Positions 42,740 to 52,595 of a stretch of 64,000 nucleotides of DNA are shown here, piece after piece. Position 1 is the first letter of the stretch; every line of letters begins with the position of its first letter. The notes beneath the pieces are model-generated. The model did no database searches. It had not been told where the DNA came from and worked only from the letters and a program-made list of their open reading frames with translations. A program made the position numbers and the translations under genes. The DNA lies in contig CAZIDM010000007.1 of NCBI GenBank assembly GCA_964537915.1, forward strand, positions 8,879-72,878. Direction: 5' to 3'. The DNA comes from an uncultured Dehalococcoidia bacterium (GTDB lineage: Bacteria > Chloroflexota > Dehalococcoidia > Lucifugimonadales > UBA1123).

Positions 42740-44059
42740 TCAGGAACTGGTCACCACGACCCAAACATCTTTACCTTCAATGAATATCTCGGAGCCAATG
42801 GTCAGTGTAACTTGGCCCTCAAAGGCGTGGATAATGGGCTGTTCACCGCGGCTGGGCAACTCCACCCTGATTGTGTCATCTGACTCTATCCCGTGGCCGC
42901 TTTCCCAGCAGACGAGTCTGTGCGTCCATGGAACCGAGTCGATCGAATCACGCATCCGTCCGTGGTTTTCCGTGACCCGGGAGGGAGGTTCGCCTACCAG
43001 TCGTATTGTGCGAGGCTCGTCATTTACCTTGATCATGCAAGTATCCGACAGAAGCTGAGCAAGATAACACTGAGCGTCTGTTCGGGTCCGGGCGCGGACG
43101 ATTTTGCCCTCCGTTCCTACTCGTAGAGGAAAAGTGTGCCAGATGCCGTCTTGGGCTCGTTGTATGTATCCGAGGATGGTTCCTCCCGGTGTGAGCACCT
43201 TCCCGGTCTGCTTCTTTGGCGGATCGCTCCATTCGATTCGTGGAATCACGTCTCTGGGTTGTGGGGGCAGCACGTCCATTCTTGACAGCAAGTACCTGAT
43301 GGCGGGGTCTGACAATTGGTTCAGCGAATGGAAAGCCTCAGAAACCATTCTGTTCATGAATTCGTCGCCGATTACGAAATCCTGTTGGAAAGCTTGGTTT
43401 AGGGCTTCTTGGCAAGATGGGTGGCTTAGGACCCAATCTATGTAGCGCCTTACGGTCGCCTCGTGGTCAGACCCTGGGCTGAAAGCCAGATGCACGGGTG
43501 GAAGTAGGGCCTCGCGTACTGTCCGTTCAACTCGGGCTTTAATGGTCTGTCCATCCGAGGAGTTTGGCCCGCACAGGATGATGATTGCAAGTAGGATCTC
43601 CCGGTGAATCGTCGGCCACACTTTGCGAAAGAGCGACTCTTCCTGCTCCGGGTTAAGTTCCCAATATCTCATCCTATCGAAGGCCTTTGCCGTGCCTACG
43701 GTTTCTAAGTAGGCGTTCAGGGATCTGAGGTGCCCTAGGCCTGGGTGGTTGGGGTTTAGGCCGTAGAATTCGGTCGCGTCATCAAAGATCTTTTCTAGGA
43801 ATTCGACCTCAGTGCGGTCGAATTCACGGAGTTGGCGCAGGTGTTTGTGGAGGTCATGATGGAGTAAGAATTCGCCGCCGTGCTTTTTGATGAGGAATTT
43901 CAGGCCTCGTTCAATAGCTAAGTGGACTATCGGCACCCGGTTGCTGATTTGGACAAACGTCGTTTGAGTAGGAGTGTCCGGCTGGAGGGGCGGGTCGTCC
44001 AAGATTTGCAGCGCGTCGCCAAGTGAAAACTGTACGGCGAATTCTTCCACGAGGTACAC
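42740..44059 (-). CDS. hypothetical 439-aa protein (possible N-terminal HEPN-like helical domain and beta-rich C-terminal half)
   Basis: Long ORF with lower G+C than the core genes. HLAIERGLKFLIKKHGG and RKVWPTIH (Rx6H) are weakly HEPN-like. No confident family. Confidence 0.55.
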   Translation of the reverse strand: MYLVEEFAVQFSLGDALQILDDPPLQPDTPTQTTFVQISNRVPIVHLAIERGLKFLIKKHGGEFLLHHDLHKHLRQLREFDRTEVEFLEKIFDDATEFYGLNPNHPGLGHLRSLNAYLETVGTAKAFDRMRYWELNPEQEESLFRKVWPTIHREILLAIIILCGPNSSDGQTIKARVERTVREALLPPVHLAFSPGSDHEATVRRYIDWVLSHPSCQEALNQAFQQDFVIGDEFMNRMVSEAFHSLNQLSDPAIRYLLSRMDVLPPQPRDVIPRIEWSDPPKKQTGKVLTPGGTILGYIQRAQDGIWHTFPLRVGTEGKIVRARTRTDAQCYLAQLLSDTCMIKVNDEPRTIRLVGEPPSRVTENHGRMRDSIDSVPWTHRLVCWESGHGIESDDTIRVELPSRGEQPIIHAFEGQVTLTIGSEIFIEGKDVWVVVTSS

Positions 44060-44229
44060 CTGCCCCTGTTACGAGTCCCACGAGTCTATTGGAGTGACCA
44101 TTGGCGAAACAAGGTAGGTCCGTCCGCATATTCCAGTACGGAGTCAGGGCATGCCGCAACAGTCGGGAGAGTCCGGTCGCCGCTCAGGTTCTGAACCAGG
44201 AGCCGATTTCTGTAGTCAACTACGAGCCC

Positions 44230-44658
44230 CTATCGAGACGCCCGCCGTTCAATGTACTGCTGCACATCCGACAGCAGGGCTGGGACGTCTGTGGACGCGG
44301 CAGACCATACTACGTCGCTGGCCACGACCCACGGCCTGTGGACCAGAATCGCGCGCATGGCGAAGAGACCGACCCAGTTGACACTCGGAAGCCCGTCGCG
44401 GATCTCGGAGGGCAGTCCCCTTGCCGCGTCAGCCAGGAGGCCAATCGCGTGGTACACAGCGAAGCGGGATCTGAGGTCGCCGTCCAGGAAGTAGCGTCGG
44501 TGGTTCCTCGATAACCAGATCACCACCTCGCACCAGTGTTCCACTCGGCGTAGGTGGTCGTGTGGTTCTGGGCCGGACTCAGACGGCTGTGTAGATGACG
44601 TCACGGCTGTCCTTCTCGTGCCGAGCCCACTCGGCGCCGTCCGCAACGTGCCTTTCAA
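44230..44658 (-). CDS. hepT: HepT-like (DUF86/HEPN) toxin
   Basis: ...IGLLADAARGLPSEIRDGLPSVNWVGLFAMRAILVHRPWVVASDVVW carries the RxxxxH HEPN motif. The true start is probably the internal GTG near 44544. Confidence 0.65.
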   Translation of the reverse strand: MKGTLRTAPSGLGTRRTAVTSSTQPSESGPEPHDHLRRVEHWCEVVIWLSRNHRRYFLDGDLRSRFAVYHAIGLLADAARGLPSEIRDGLPSVNWVGLFAMRAILVHRPWVVASDVVWSAASTDVPALLSDVQQYIERRASR

Positions 44659-45019
44659 GGATGCCCTTGTCCATTATCCACACACGGCTGTCCAGCAGCT
44701 CCTCAAGGTCACTGACCACGTCGAAGTGGTGCTTCTTGAAGCCCCACTCGTAATCGCCGGGACCGAAGTCCGCTATCAGGAACAGGTCGACTGCCGCGAA
44801 CGGGTCGCCATCGCTGGTGTGTGCGGCGTCAGCCGGAGGGCGATGCTGGCTGGTATCTATCGACAGCTCAACCAGATCCCACCGCCGACAGATCTCGATG
44901 ACACGGTCGACCGGCAGGTCTTCCCTGGTGAGAAGCGATTTCTGTCCTGACGTGATCACGGGCCTCTCCCCAGAACGACATGGCATCCCGATGGCCTTCA
45001 GTTGGATTGAGTCTACCAA
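44579..45019 (-). CDS. mntA: MntA-like nucleotidyltransferase-fold antitoxin (degenerate catalytic motif)
   Basis: It sits upstream of and overlapping hepT. DLFLIADFGPG...DLEELLDSRVWIMDKG matches the MNT layout, but the GS-x-aRG motif is not evident. Confidence 0.45.
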   Translation of the reverse strand: MVDSIQLKAIGMPCRSGERPVITSGQKSLLTREDLPVDRVIEICRRWDLVELSIDTSQHRPPADAAHTSDGDPFAAVDLFLIADFGPGDYEWGFKKHHFDVVSDLEELLDSRVWIMDKGILERHVADGAEWARHEKDSRDVIYTAV

Positions 45020-45233
45020 CTTTCCGAATTACCGTGAAGGAGCATCGCTGGTTGTCCCCACAACTATTCCAGCGTAATCTGCCGTTGAAGGCCATGACAG
45101 TGACTTCGGCGGCGATGCTGGCATAATATTGGCTGGTGCGAAACCGGCTTTGGTCGTTCGCATGAATCGGCGCCAGGTTTCTGGTCTTCAGTAAACTCAG
45201 TCCCAATCACCTGAACCACACGGAGTTACCAAC

Positions 45234-46847
45234 ATGGCCCTCTTGAATACTGACCTGGATCACGATGCGATCGTGATCGGCGCCGGTATTGCTGGCATGT
45301 ACCAGCTTTACAAGCTGCGGGAGATGGGCCTGTCGGTCCGGGTCTTTGAGAGAGGGACTGGCGTCGGGGGCACCTGGTACTGGAACCGGTACCCGGGCGC
45401 GCGGTTCGACTCGGAAAGCTACTCCTACGGATACTCATTCTCCCAGGAGCTGCTCGACGAGTGGGACTGGACGGAACGCTTCTCGCCGCAGCCGGAGACC
45501 CTGCGATACCTGCAGTACGTGGCCGACAAGTTCGACCTTGTGAAGGACATCCAGTTCTCCAGCGACGTCAAATCCGCTGTCTACCATGAAGATACTCGCA
45601 GCTGGGAAGTCCAAATTGAGGACGGGAGCACCCACACGAGCAGGTTCCTGATTACGGGCGTCGGCATCCTCTCTCAGCCCACCCTGCCGAGAATCGACGG
45701 GATCGAATCTTTCCAGGGACAGTCGTTCCACACCTCCCGGTGGCCTCATACCCCCCTGGATTTCTCGGACAAGCGGGTGGCGGTCATCGGCACCGGCGCT
45801 ACCGGAATACAGACGATCCAGGAGGTGGCCAAGAACGTCGGGCATCTCACCGTCTTCCAGCTCCGGCCGGAGTGGAGCGCTCCGCTCCACAACTCGAAGA
45901 TCGAGCGCGATGAGATGGAAACCATCAGGGCCGGCTACGACGAAATGTTCGAGCACTGCGCCCAGACTGCGGCCGCGTTCATACATGACGTCGATCCCAG
46001 GGGCACTTTCGAGGTGTCCGAGGAAGAGCGATATGCGTTCTGGGAGAAGCTGTACGCCAGTCCGGGGTTCGGCATCTGGCAGGGCAACTTCAGAGACATG
46101 CTGACCAACCCCGAGGCCAACAGGGCCATGTCGGAGTTCATCGCCGGCAAGATACGGGAGCGCGTGAATGATCCCGTGGTCGCTGAGAAGCTGATTCCGA
46201 AGGACCACGGATTCGGGACCAAGCGGGTGCCGCTGGAGACCAACTACTTCGAGTCCTACAACCAGGACAACGTCGAGATGATCGACATCAGCGAGACTCC
46301 CATACAGAGGATCACCCCGAAGGGCGTCCTGACCTCTGAGAAGGAGTTCGAGTTCGACTTCATAGTCTACGCCACGGGGTTCGACGCGGTGTTCGGCAGC
46401 TACAACAGGATAGACATTCGCGGTGTCGACGGGCGCAGGCTAAAGGAGCAGTGGGAGGAGGAGCTGGCGACCTTCCTGGGGATCCAGACCAACGGCTTCC
46501 CCAACTTCTTCATGATCATGGGTCCCCACGCAATGGCGGGGAACAACCCGCGCTCCATCGAGTACCAGGTGGACTTTGTGACGGAGGCCATCAGGTACAT
46601 GAACGACCGCGGCTTCACCCGCGCCGAGGCCACACCGGAGGCCCAGGATAGCTGGCACCAGTACGTGCTGGACCAGGGCAAGGACCTTCTGAGAAACGAC
46701 GTGGACTCGTGGCAGACCGGCATCAACATCAACCTGGAGGGCAGGCAGACCCGCATGACGCTCATGTACGCCGGCGGTCAGCCATCCTTCAGACGCCGCT
46801 GCGAAGAGGTAGTGCGCAGCGGCTACCGGGAGCTGAACCTGAGGTAG
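45234..46847 (+). CDS. type I Baeyer-Villiger (flavin-containing) monooxygenase
   Basis: AIVIGAGIAGMY...GVGGTWYWNRYPGARFDSESYSYGYSF, the BVMO fingerprint FQGQSFHTSRW, and a second GxGxxG (VIGTGATG). Confidence 0.9.
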   Translation: MALLNTDLDHDAIVIGAGIAGMYQLYKLREMGLSVRVFERGTGVGGTWYWNRYPGARFDSESYSYGYSFSQELLDEWDWTERFSPQPETLRYLQYVADKFDLVKDIQFSSDVKSAVYHEDTRSWEVQIEDGSTHTSRFLITGVGILSQPTLPRIDGIESFQGQSFHTSRWPHTPLDFSDKRVAVIGTGATGIQTIQEVAKNVGHLTVFQLRPEWSAPLHNSKIERDEMETIRAGYDEMFEHCAQTAAAFIHDVDPRGTFEVSEEERYAFWEKLYASPGFGIWQGNFRDMLTNPEANRAMSEFIAGKIRERVNDPVVAEKLIPKDHGFGTKRVPLETNYFESYNQDNVEMIDISETPIQRITPKGVLTSEKEFEFDFIVYATGFDAVFGSYNRIDIRGVDGRRLKEQWEEELATFLGIQTNGFPNFFMIMGPHAMAGNNPRSIEYQVDFVTEAIRYMNDRGFTRAEATPEAQDSWHQYVLDQGKDLLRNDVDSWQTGININLEGRQTRMTLMYAGGQPSFRRRCEEVVRSGYRELNLR

Positions 46848-47175
46848 GGGTGGCAGCCCGGCCTCAGCCAGACCGCCGAAATCCACCAAGCCCATTCACC
46901 AAGAGGGTCCATGTAGTCTCCTCGAGGAAATTACCAGTCCTGGCCAATAACTGCATCACTGAGTCAGGACACTATGTTCAGCGTGATTTGTACTTGGAAG
47001 TTATATCGATAGCTTCGGCAGTGGTGCTGACATGATCAATGCGAACCAACTACGAAATTGGTAACCACATTTCAGTCTTGGCTAGATGGCTCAGCCAGTC
47101 CTTCCGCAATCTCATATCTTGGAGTGGGGCTGAGCGATCTGTATAATTGCCGAGACTACTTTCGAGGGTAACGCT

Positions 47176-48978
47176 TTGCAGACTAGCATTTTGACGCCGC
47201 AGAATATCTTCTTCCAGATAGTTCGCTACGAAATCCCGGCATTCCAGCGCCCGTATATCTGGACACAGGAACAACAGTGGGAACCCCTGTGGGAGGACGT
47301 GAGCGATATGGCCGATTCGATTGTTGAGAGCGGCCAGACTAGTGCTCACTTTATGGGGGCGATAGTACTGCAGCAGCGTCCGAATCCTACCAATGCCATC
47401 CAGTCCCGCATAGTCGTAGACGGGCAACAGAGACTTACAACACTACAACTTCTGATCGATGCCATCCAAGAGGTATGCGAGCAGAGGGAGCACAAGGGAC
47501 CGGCGGAGCGTCTAGCCCCGCTGGTGTACACGCAGGAGGCTTTCTGGGGAGGTAATCCCGACCTCGCATTTAAGGTGTGGCCCACGATCTATGATCAGCC
47601 AGCTTTCCGTCACGCGATGCAGAATGATCTTCCGAGTGACGAATACAAGAACTCGCGTATTGTCGCTGCCCACAACTACTTCAAGAACAAGACGGAGCAG
47701 TGGCTGGAGGTATTTCGTGAAGAAGACGGCCAGCAGGAGAAGGCAGCATCTGCCCTAGAACGTGTGGTGACTAACCACCTAGAACTGGTCGTTATCGACC
47801 TTGGACTGGCTGACGATCCTCACGTCATCTTCGAGACCTTGAATGCAAGAGGAACTCCCCTTCTGCCGTCGGACATGATCAAAAACCAGATACTTCACAT
47901 AGCGGGTGTGGGCGCAGAGTACGACGAAGGCAACCAGTCTGATGAGATAGAGCAGCTTTGGGGATTCAGTGACGATTGGTGGAGGCGGGAAATCGGCAGA
48001 GGCCACCAGCGCCGTCCTCGTATCGACGTCTACCTGAACAACTGGCTTACACTGCGAAATAGGTCCGAAACCAAGGCCCACACCGAGTTTGCTGCCTTTG
48101 GCAAGTATGCTAAGAACTCCATAGAAAACGGCACAGCGATACAGGAAATAGCAGAAGACATCGGACGGCTCGGTGGCATCTATCGTGACATTGACCAGAG
48201 TCGCATAAATCTGATCGAACCCTTTCTATACCGGCGTCGGGTAATGGGCATTGGGGCTGTGATTCCGACGTTGCTGTGGCTCCTCTCCTCCGAAGTTCCT
48301 GAGTCCCAACTGTTGAGAAGCATTACTTTCCTAGAGAGCTACATGATCCGACGCATGGCCTGCGGGATGAGTGCCAGGAGCTATGGGCAGTTGTTCCTCG
48401 GTCTGACCAACGAGTTGGAGAATGCGGGTCCAGGGCTTGCGGGCAATACCGTGGTTCGTTTTCTGAATCAGCAGACCGCGTACGCGAACCTGTGGCCGGA
48501 CGACCAGACCCTTCTAGACACATTCCTTACAAAACCAATGTACGGATCCCTTGCTCAGGGCCGACTGAACCTGATCCTACAAGGCATAGAGGGCGAACTG
48601 CGAACGGCAATGTCCGAAACACAGGCCGTGCCGCGCAACCTCCATATCGAACATGTGATGCCACAGGGTTGGATGGCGCATTGGAACCTACCAGACGAGG
48701 TTGAAGACAGGGAAATTGCGGTTGCCAGGCGCAACCGGATGATCCACTCGATGGGGAATCTGACGCTGGTGAGTCAGAGACTTAATACTGCGCTGTCCAA
48801 TGCACCCTGGGAACAGAAGCGGGTGACGCTGGACAAGCATGCAGTCCTCCACCTGAACAAGGATCTGACGCTCAATGCCCCGCCAATGTGGGATGAGTCC
48901 GCGATTGTCGAACGGGGAAAGCGCCTCCACGAGGCAGCGATCAAGGTCTGGCCCCACGCTAACAGCGCAATGCAATAG
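47176..48978 (+). CDS. GmrSD-like type IV restriction enzyme (DUF262 + DUF1524/HNH-like)
   Basis: YEIPAFQRPYIW and VVDGQQRLTTL form the DUF262 ParB-like part. The C-terminal HIEHVMPQGW...GNLTLV...LN forms the DUF1524 part. The segment has low G+C. Confidence 0.8.
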   Translation: MQTSILTPQNIFFQIVRYEIPAFQRPYIWTQEQQWEPLWEDVSDMADSIVESGQTSAHFMGAIVLQQRPNPTNAIQSRIVVDGQQRLTTLQLLIDAIQEVCEQREHKGPAERLAPLVYTQEAFWGGNPDLAFKVWPTIYDQPAFRHAMQNDLPSDEYKNSRIVAAHNYFKNKTEQWLEVFREEDGQQEKAASALERVVTNHLELVVIDLGLADDPHVIFETLNARGTPLLPSDMIKNQILHIAGVGAEYDEGNQSDEIEQLWGFSDDWWRREIGRGHQRRPRIDVYLNNWLTLRNRSETKAHTEFAAFGKYAKNSIENGTAIQEIAEDIGRLGGIYRDIDQSRINLIEPFLYRRRVMGIGAVIPTLLWLLSSEVPESQLLRSITFLESYMIRRMACGMSARSYGQLFLGLTNELENAGPGLAGNTVVRFLNQQTAYANLWPDDQTLLDTFLTKPMYGSLAQGRLNLILQGIEGELRTAMSETQAVPRNLHIEHVMPQGWMAHWNLPDEVEDREIAVARRNRMIHSMGNLTLVSQRLNTALSNAPWEQKRVTLDKHAVLHLNKDLTLNAPPMWDESAIVERGKRLHEAAIKVWPHANSAMQ

Positions 48979-49229
48979 GCTATTCAAGAGGGGTATCTGT
49001 GAGCAATTCCCATGTATACAGGATCTCGCTGATACATACAGCACTCTCGAAGACTACCCGGGCCAACATACTGGACAGAGACGCCCGCAGGATCGGCGTC
49101 GGAGTTGCCATTACCGAAGCCCCCGAAAATGGCTGGACGCACGAGACCGTGTTCGCGACCCAGAACTTCTCAGCGTGCAGGTAGCGGCAGACGGCCCCAA
49201 CCGTCACGGCTCGCGCAGACAGGCTCGCC

Positions 49230-50777
49230 TCAGCCCCACCGCCGGCCGGCCAGTGGTCTTTTGCCTGGGCGCAGGCTGAAGCCGGTGGATGTTCCGGCGA
49301 AGGTGAAGGCTGCGCCGACTGCCAGCATCGCTGCCATGAGCCAGTAGGCGTAACGGAGGCCTGTGACGAACGCGCCGAGGAGTCCGGCGGAGCCTTCGGC
49401 TGAGACCTCGGCGAGGCTCGGCGGGTATCCCATCGACCCCATGGTGATCGTTACGACCGCCGTGGCGATTGCCACGCTGGTAACGCTCGCGGAGTTTCGC
49501 ACGAGGTTCAGGAAGCCGGATATGACGGCGTGCTCTTCGTTCGCCACGGCGCCCAGGATTGCGCTGTTGTTTGGAGGATTGAACGCTCCGATCCCGAGAC
49601 TCTGCATGATCATCCCGGCGATCGCGATCGCCACATGGGAGTCAGGCCTCAGAGTCGACAGAGTCAGAATTCCCGCAGTCGTGATCAGCAGGCCGCCCAC
49701 TGTGAAGAGCCTCCGGCCAAGCCTGTCCGAGAGGCGTCCGGAGATGGGACCCACTATCATCATGGCGACGTAGCTGAGCGCGGTCATGAGTCCGACCTCG
49801 CCGGGGGTGTAGCGCAGCACGACCTGAAGGTAGAACGGCATCAGGAACCACGCGGAGGTGGTGCCGATGAAGTGGATGAACGACGATACCACCCCGACTC
49901 TGAAGACACGATTGCCGAACAGCCGCAGGTCCAGCAGTGGATGCGACGACCTGAGCTCCCATGTCACAAATCCGGCGGCGAGTGCGACGGCGGCGACCAG
50001 TGCCAGGACGATGTAGACGCTGCCATAGCCGACGTCGGGCGCCCACGTCATCGCCTGAAGGAACGCGATCAGGGCTCCGGCCGCCAGTGTCGCGCCAAGC
50101 CAGTCGAATCTGAACGGACGGCCTCCCTCGCGCGCTGCCCCGCCGGATTCCACGAATACTATCGTCGAGACCATCGCGATCAGGCCAAGCGCCGACACGC
50201 CGAAGAATACCCACGGCCATCCCAGCACGCCGACCACCAGCCCCCCTGCGGCGGGACCGAATACGCTTCCCGCTCCAACCACTCCCATGTAGATTCCCAG
50301 CACCTTGCCCCGCTCGGACTGCGGAAACGTGGCGACCGTCATGGCCATCGCCGTGCCCTGGGTCATGCCCGCGCCCAGGCCGTGAAGTGTGCTGACCGCT
50401 ATGAGAGCTGGAATCGAAGGTGCGAATCCGGCCATGACTCCCGTGATGGCAAAGATGACGAATCCGACGACATAGACAGGCTTGCGACCCACGAGGTCCG
50501 CCAGCCTGCCCATCGGCAGCAGCGTGATGCTGATCGCCAGTACGTATCCGATTGGCACCCACTGGGTGGTGGGTAGGTCGCTCTCGAAGTGGTTGGCGAT
50601 GGACGGGAGCGCGATGATGATGCTCCCGTGATCTGCGACAACCGTGAACAGCCCGAAGAGAATCGCGGAGAAGGCGAGATACCGGCTGCGTTGGATGCGA
50701 ACTAGGCTCATAGAGTCCGCACCATTGTACAGTCCGGCCCGGACCCGTTCAGCAGCCGCTGGCGACAATTCGTTCAC
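49230..50777 (-). CDS. MFS transporter (DHA2/EmrB-like, ~14 TM)
   Basis: GRLADLVGRKPVY is the MFS motif A. The product is hydrophobic throughout. Confidence 0.85.
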   Translation of the reverse strand: MNELSPAAAERVRAGLYNGADSMSLVRIQRSRYLAFSAILFGLFTVVADHGSIIIALPSIANHFESDLPTTQWVPIGYVLAISITLLPMGRLADLVGRKPVYVVGFVIFAITGVMAGFAPSIPALIAVSTLHGLGAGMTQGTAMAMTVATFPQSERGKVLGIYMGVVGAGSVFGPAAGGLVVGVLGWPWVFFGVSALGLIAMVSTIVFVESGGAAREGGRPFRFDWLGATLAAGALIAFLQAMTWAPDVGYGSVYIVLALVAAVALAAGFVTWELRSSHPLLDLRLFGNRVFRVGVVSSFIHFIGTTSAWFLMPFYLQVVLRYTPGEVGLMTALSYVAMMIVGPISGRLSDRLGRRLFTVGGLLITTAGILTLSTLRPDSHVAIAIAGMIMQSLGIGAFNPPNNSAILGAVANEEHAVISGFLNLVRNSASVTSVAIATAVVTITMGSMGYPPSLAEVSAEGSAGLLGAFVTGLRYAYWLMAAMLAVGAAFTFAGTSTGFSLRPGKRPLAGRRWG

Positions 50778-50868
50778 CCCCGGATCAGGTCCGGGGCGAG
50801 CTCTGAGCCTTTAGAAGGGAGCCTATCGAAGGACATCCACCCCCTCGATTCGCCGCGGCGAATCACGG
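50776..50868. repeat. REP-like units (degenerate)
   Basis: cccccggatcaggtccgggg, gagctctgagcc...atcgaaggac and gattcgccgcggcgaatc. Confidence 0.65.
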
Positions 50869-50970
50869 ACTAGTTCAATCTTCTCGACCGCCTGCATTGA
50901 CACTCATATCCAGCGCCGGATACGATCTGACTACTTGCAGGACTATAGTCACTAATGAGGTCATTTGCGA

Positions 50971-51204
50971 ATGGCGACGATATCGAAGAGCAAGCTGAAG
51001 GCCAACATGCTTCGGGTGTTCCGAGAGATTGAGGCCAGCGGCGAAGAGCTGATCGTGACCGACCGCAATCGGCCGGTGCTACGCATACTGCCCATTGGGG
51101 ACAAGAAGAGCGTCGATGACCTGTTCGGCCCACTCCAGGGACAACTGGTCTTCCACGAGGATGTCAACGCTCCGACCACTGACGAATGGGCTGACATCCA
51201 GTGA
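50971..51204 (+). CDS. Phd/YefM-family antitoxin
   Basis: MATISKSKLKANMLRVFREIEASGEELIVTDRNRPVLRILP. The stop overlaps the vapC start. A TTGACA-18-TACGAT promoter-like site lies at 50897-50926. Confidence 0.8.
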   Translation: MATISKSKLKANMLRVFREIEASGEELIVTDRNRPVLRILPIGDKKSVDDLFGPLQGQLVFHEDVNAPTTDEWADIQ

Positions 51205-51581
51205 TCGTACTGGACACGTCGGCGCTTCTCTTCTGGACTCTCCACCGCGAACGACTTTCGGAAGCGGCGTCAGATGTGATCTCAGAGGCCGACCGCGTGC
51301 TGGTCAGCTCGATCTCGATCTGGGAGATCGGCATCAAGGTCGCCAGGGGAGGGCTGTCAATCCCGCTTTCCGTCCAGGAGTACTCAGAACGGCTGGAGCG
51401 AATCGCGCGTGTCGAAGTCCTTCCGGTCGACACGGCGATCTGGCTGGCCAATCTCGATCTCTCCTGGGACCACCGAGACCCCGCCGACCGCACGATCGTC
51501 GCGACTGCCGTGCTGAACGTCTGCCCGCTGGTGACATCTGACAGGGCCATCAGGGGCTTCTACTCCCGCGCGGTGTGGTGA
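51201..51581 (+). CDS. vapC: PIN-domain toxin VapC
   Basis: MIVLDTSALLFW...SSISIWEIGIK...DPADRTIVATAVLNVCPLVTSDRAI. Confidence 0.85.
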   Translation: MIVLDTSALLFWTLHRERLSEAASDVISEADRVLVSSISIWEIGIKVARGGLSIPLSVQEYSERLERIARVEVLPVDTAIWLANLDLSWDHRDPADRTIVATAVLNVCPLVTSDRAIRGFYSRAVW

Positions 51582-51631
51582 CTCGGCCTGGCGGTGGAGG
51601 CATGGCGGATTCTCCCCAGCCCGAAGACCCC

Positions 51632-51928
51632 CTACCCGATCTCTTCGTAGATCTCCGTCTCGTGCGTGGACGCGAGCACCGGGTAGATCTTCTCGAAGAT
51701 CTCGGTGATGGAGCGCGTGGCGCGGACCTGGTCCCGGGAAGCGTCGTAGGTCGCTACTGAGTCCCACTGCTGGACGGTGACCATCGTGCCGTGGGGGCCC
51801 AGCACCTTGCGGTACACGCTCAGAGGGGGAAAGCCTGCCTCGACCGTGGCCGTCTGAAGGTCGCGGAGGTGTCGCTGAAGTCCGCCTCCGCCGGGCTTTG
51901 GAGTGTAGGTCCGTCGAACGATGATCAT
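51632..51928 (-). CDS. hypothetical small protein (possibly ferredoxin-like/dimeric alpha-beta barrel)
   Basis: 98-aa ORF with protein-like composition. No motif recognised with confidence. Confidence 0.45.
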   Translation of the reverse strand: MIIVRRTYTPKPGGGGLQRHLRDLQTATVEAGFPPLSVYRKVLGPHGTMVTVQQWDSVATYDASRDQVRATRSITEIFEKIYPVLASTHETEIYEEIG

Positions 51929-51969
51929 GTGAGTCTCCTTTGTGGTGTGATTCAGTTTGGCAGGCAGTG

Positions 51970-52300
51970 TTTTCGCCCCCCGATCGAGTCCGGGGCAGGC
52001 TCTGAGCTTGTCGAAGGATCCCCTCCCTTCCCCTGGGTTCCGGCCTTCGCCGGAACGACGATTGCGAAATACGTACCCCTGTCAGCCGCCAGGAGAGGGG
52101 GTCCGTTGGTGGCTCTGTTGTACCATCCGCCTCGATAACTGACAATAGGGCTGACTGCCCGTTGCAGGGTCTCTGTGCGTTCGCCCCCGTATCAGGTACG
52201 GGGCAGGCTCTGAGCTTGTCGAAGGGCCGCCCGTTCATGGTTCGACAGGCTCACCACGAACGAACTACTCAGGGGACATTCGAAAACGAATAGACCCTGA
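51970..52300. repeat. composite REP array plus copy 2 of the long-hairpin element (52165-52300)
   Basis: cccccgatcgagtccgggg, ggctctgagcttgtcgaagga, gttccggccttcgccggaac and gccaggagaggggg, followed by cagggtctct...gagcttgtcgaa...ttcgacaggctc...tagaccctga. Confidence 0.85.
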
Positions 52301-52595
52301 GCCATGGGGCCTCGGTATTGCCCTGCTGCCCTTCCCACGCACTGCAAATGGGTGCAGAATCTCCACAGACCTGACCTTGGGATAAAACCTTTCATAGACG
52401 TACTTATGGAATGCGTAACATGGCCAGAGTGGCGATCTGGTGGGTCGAGCCTGCTGTTTTCATGGCAATGGCAGGGACAATAGTGCCTACGAGCCTTGGT
52501 ACAAATTTGCTTGTCCTCGACTAGCCAGGGCCGAATTGAACGCAGGCCAGGGCTTCCCATCCCGGCAGGATTAGGGCAGGCCCTTTCGACCTATC

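Noticed and set aside
48999-49184. 61-aa GTG-start ORF downstream of the GmrSD-like gene.
   Set aside because: There is no SD, no recognisable motif and a mixed composition, so the evidence is insufficient to call a gene.
51384-52238. 284-aa minus-strand ORF. Similar cases are 38111..38692, 63012..63383, 26506..26841 and 38237..38452.
   Set aside because: They read straight through REP arrays. Strings such as FDKLRAC, IPAFAGMT and PSPPGEG are repeat translations. They also overlap real genes on the other strand.
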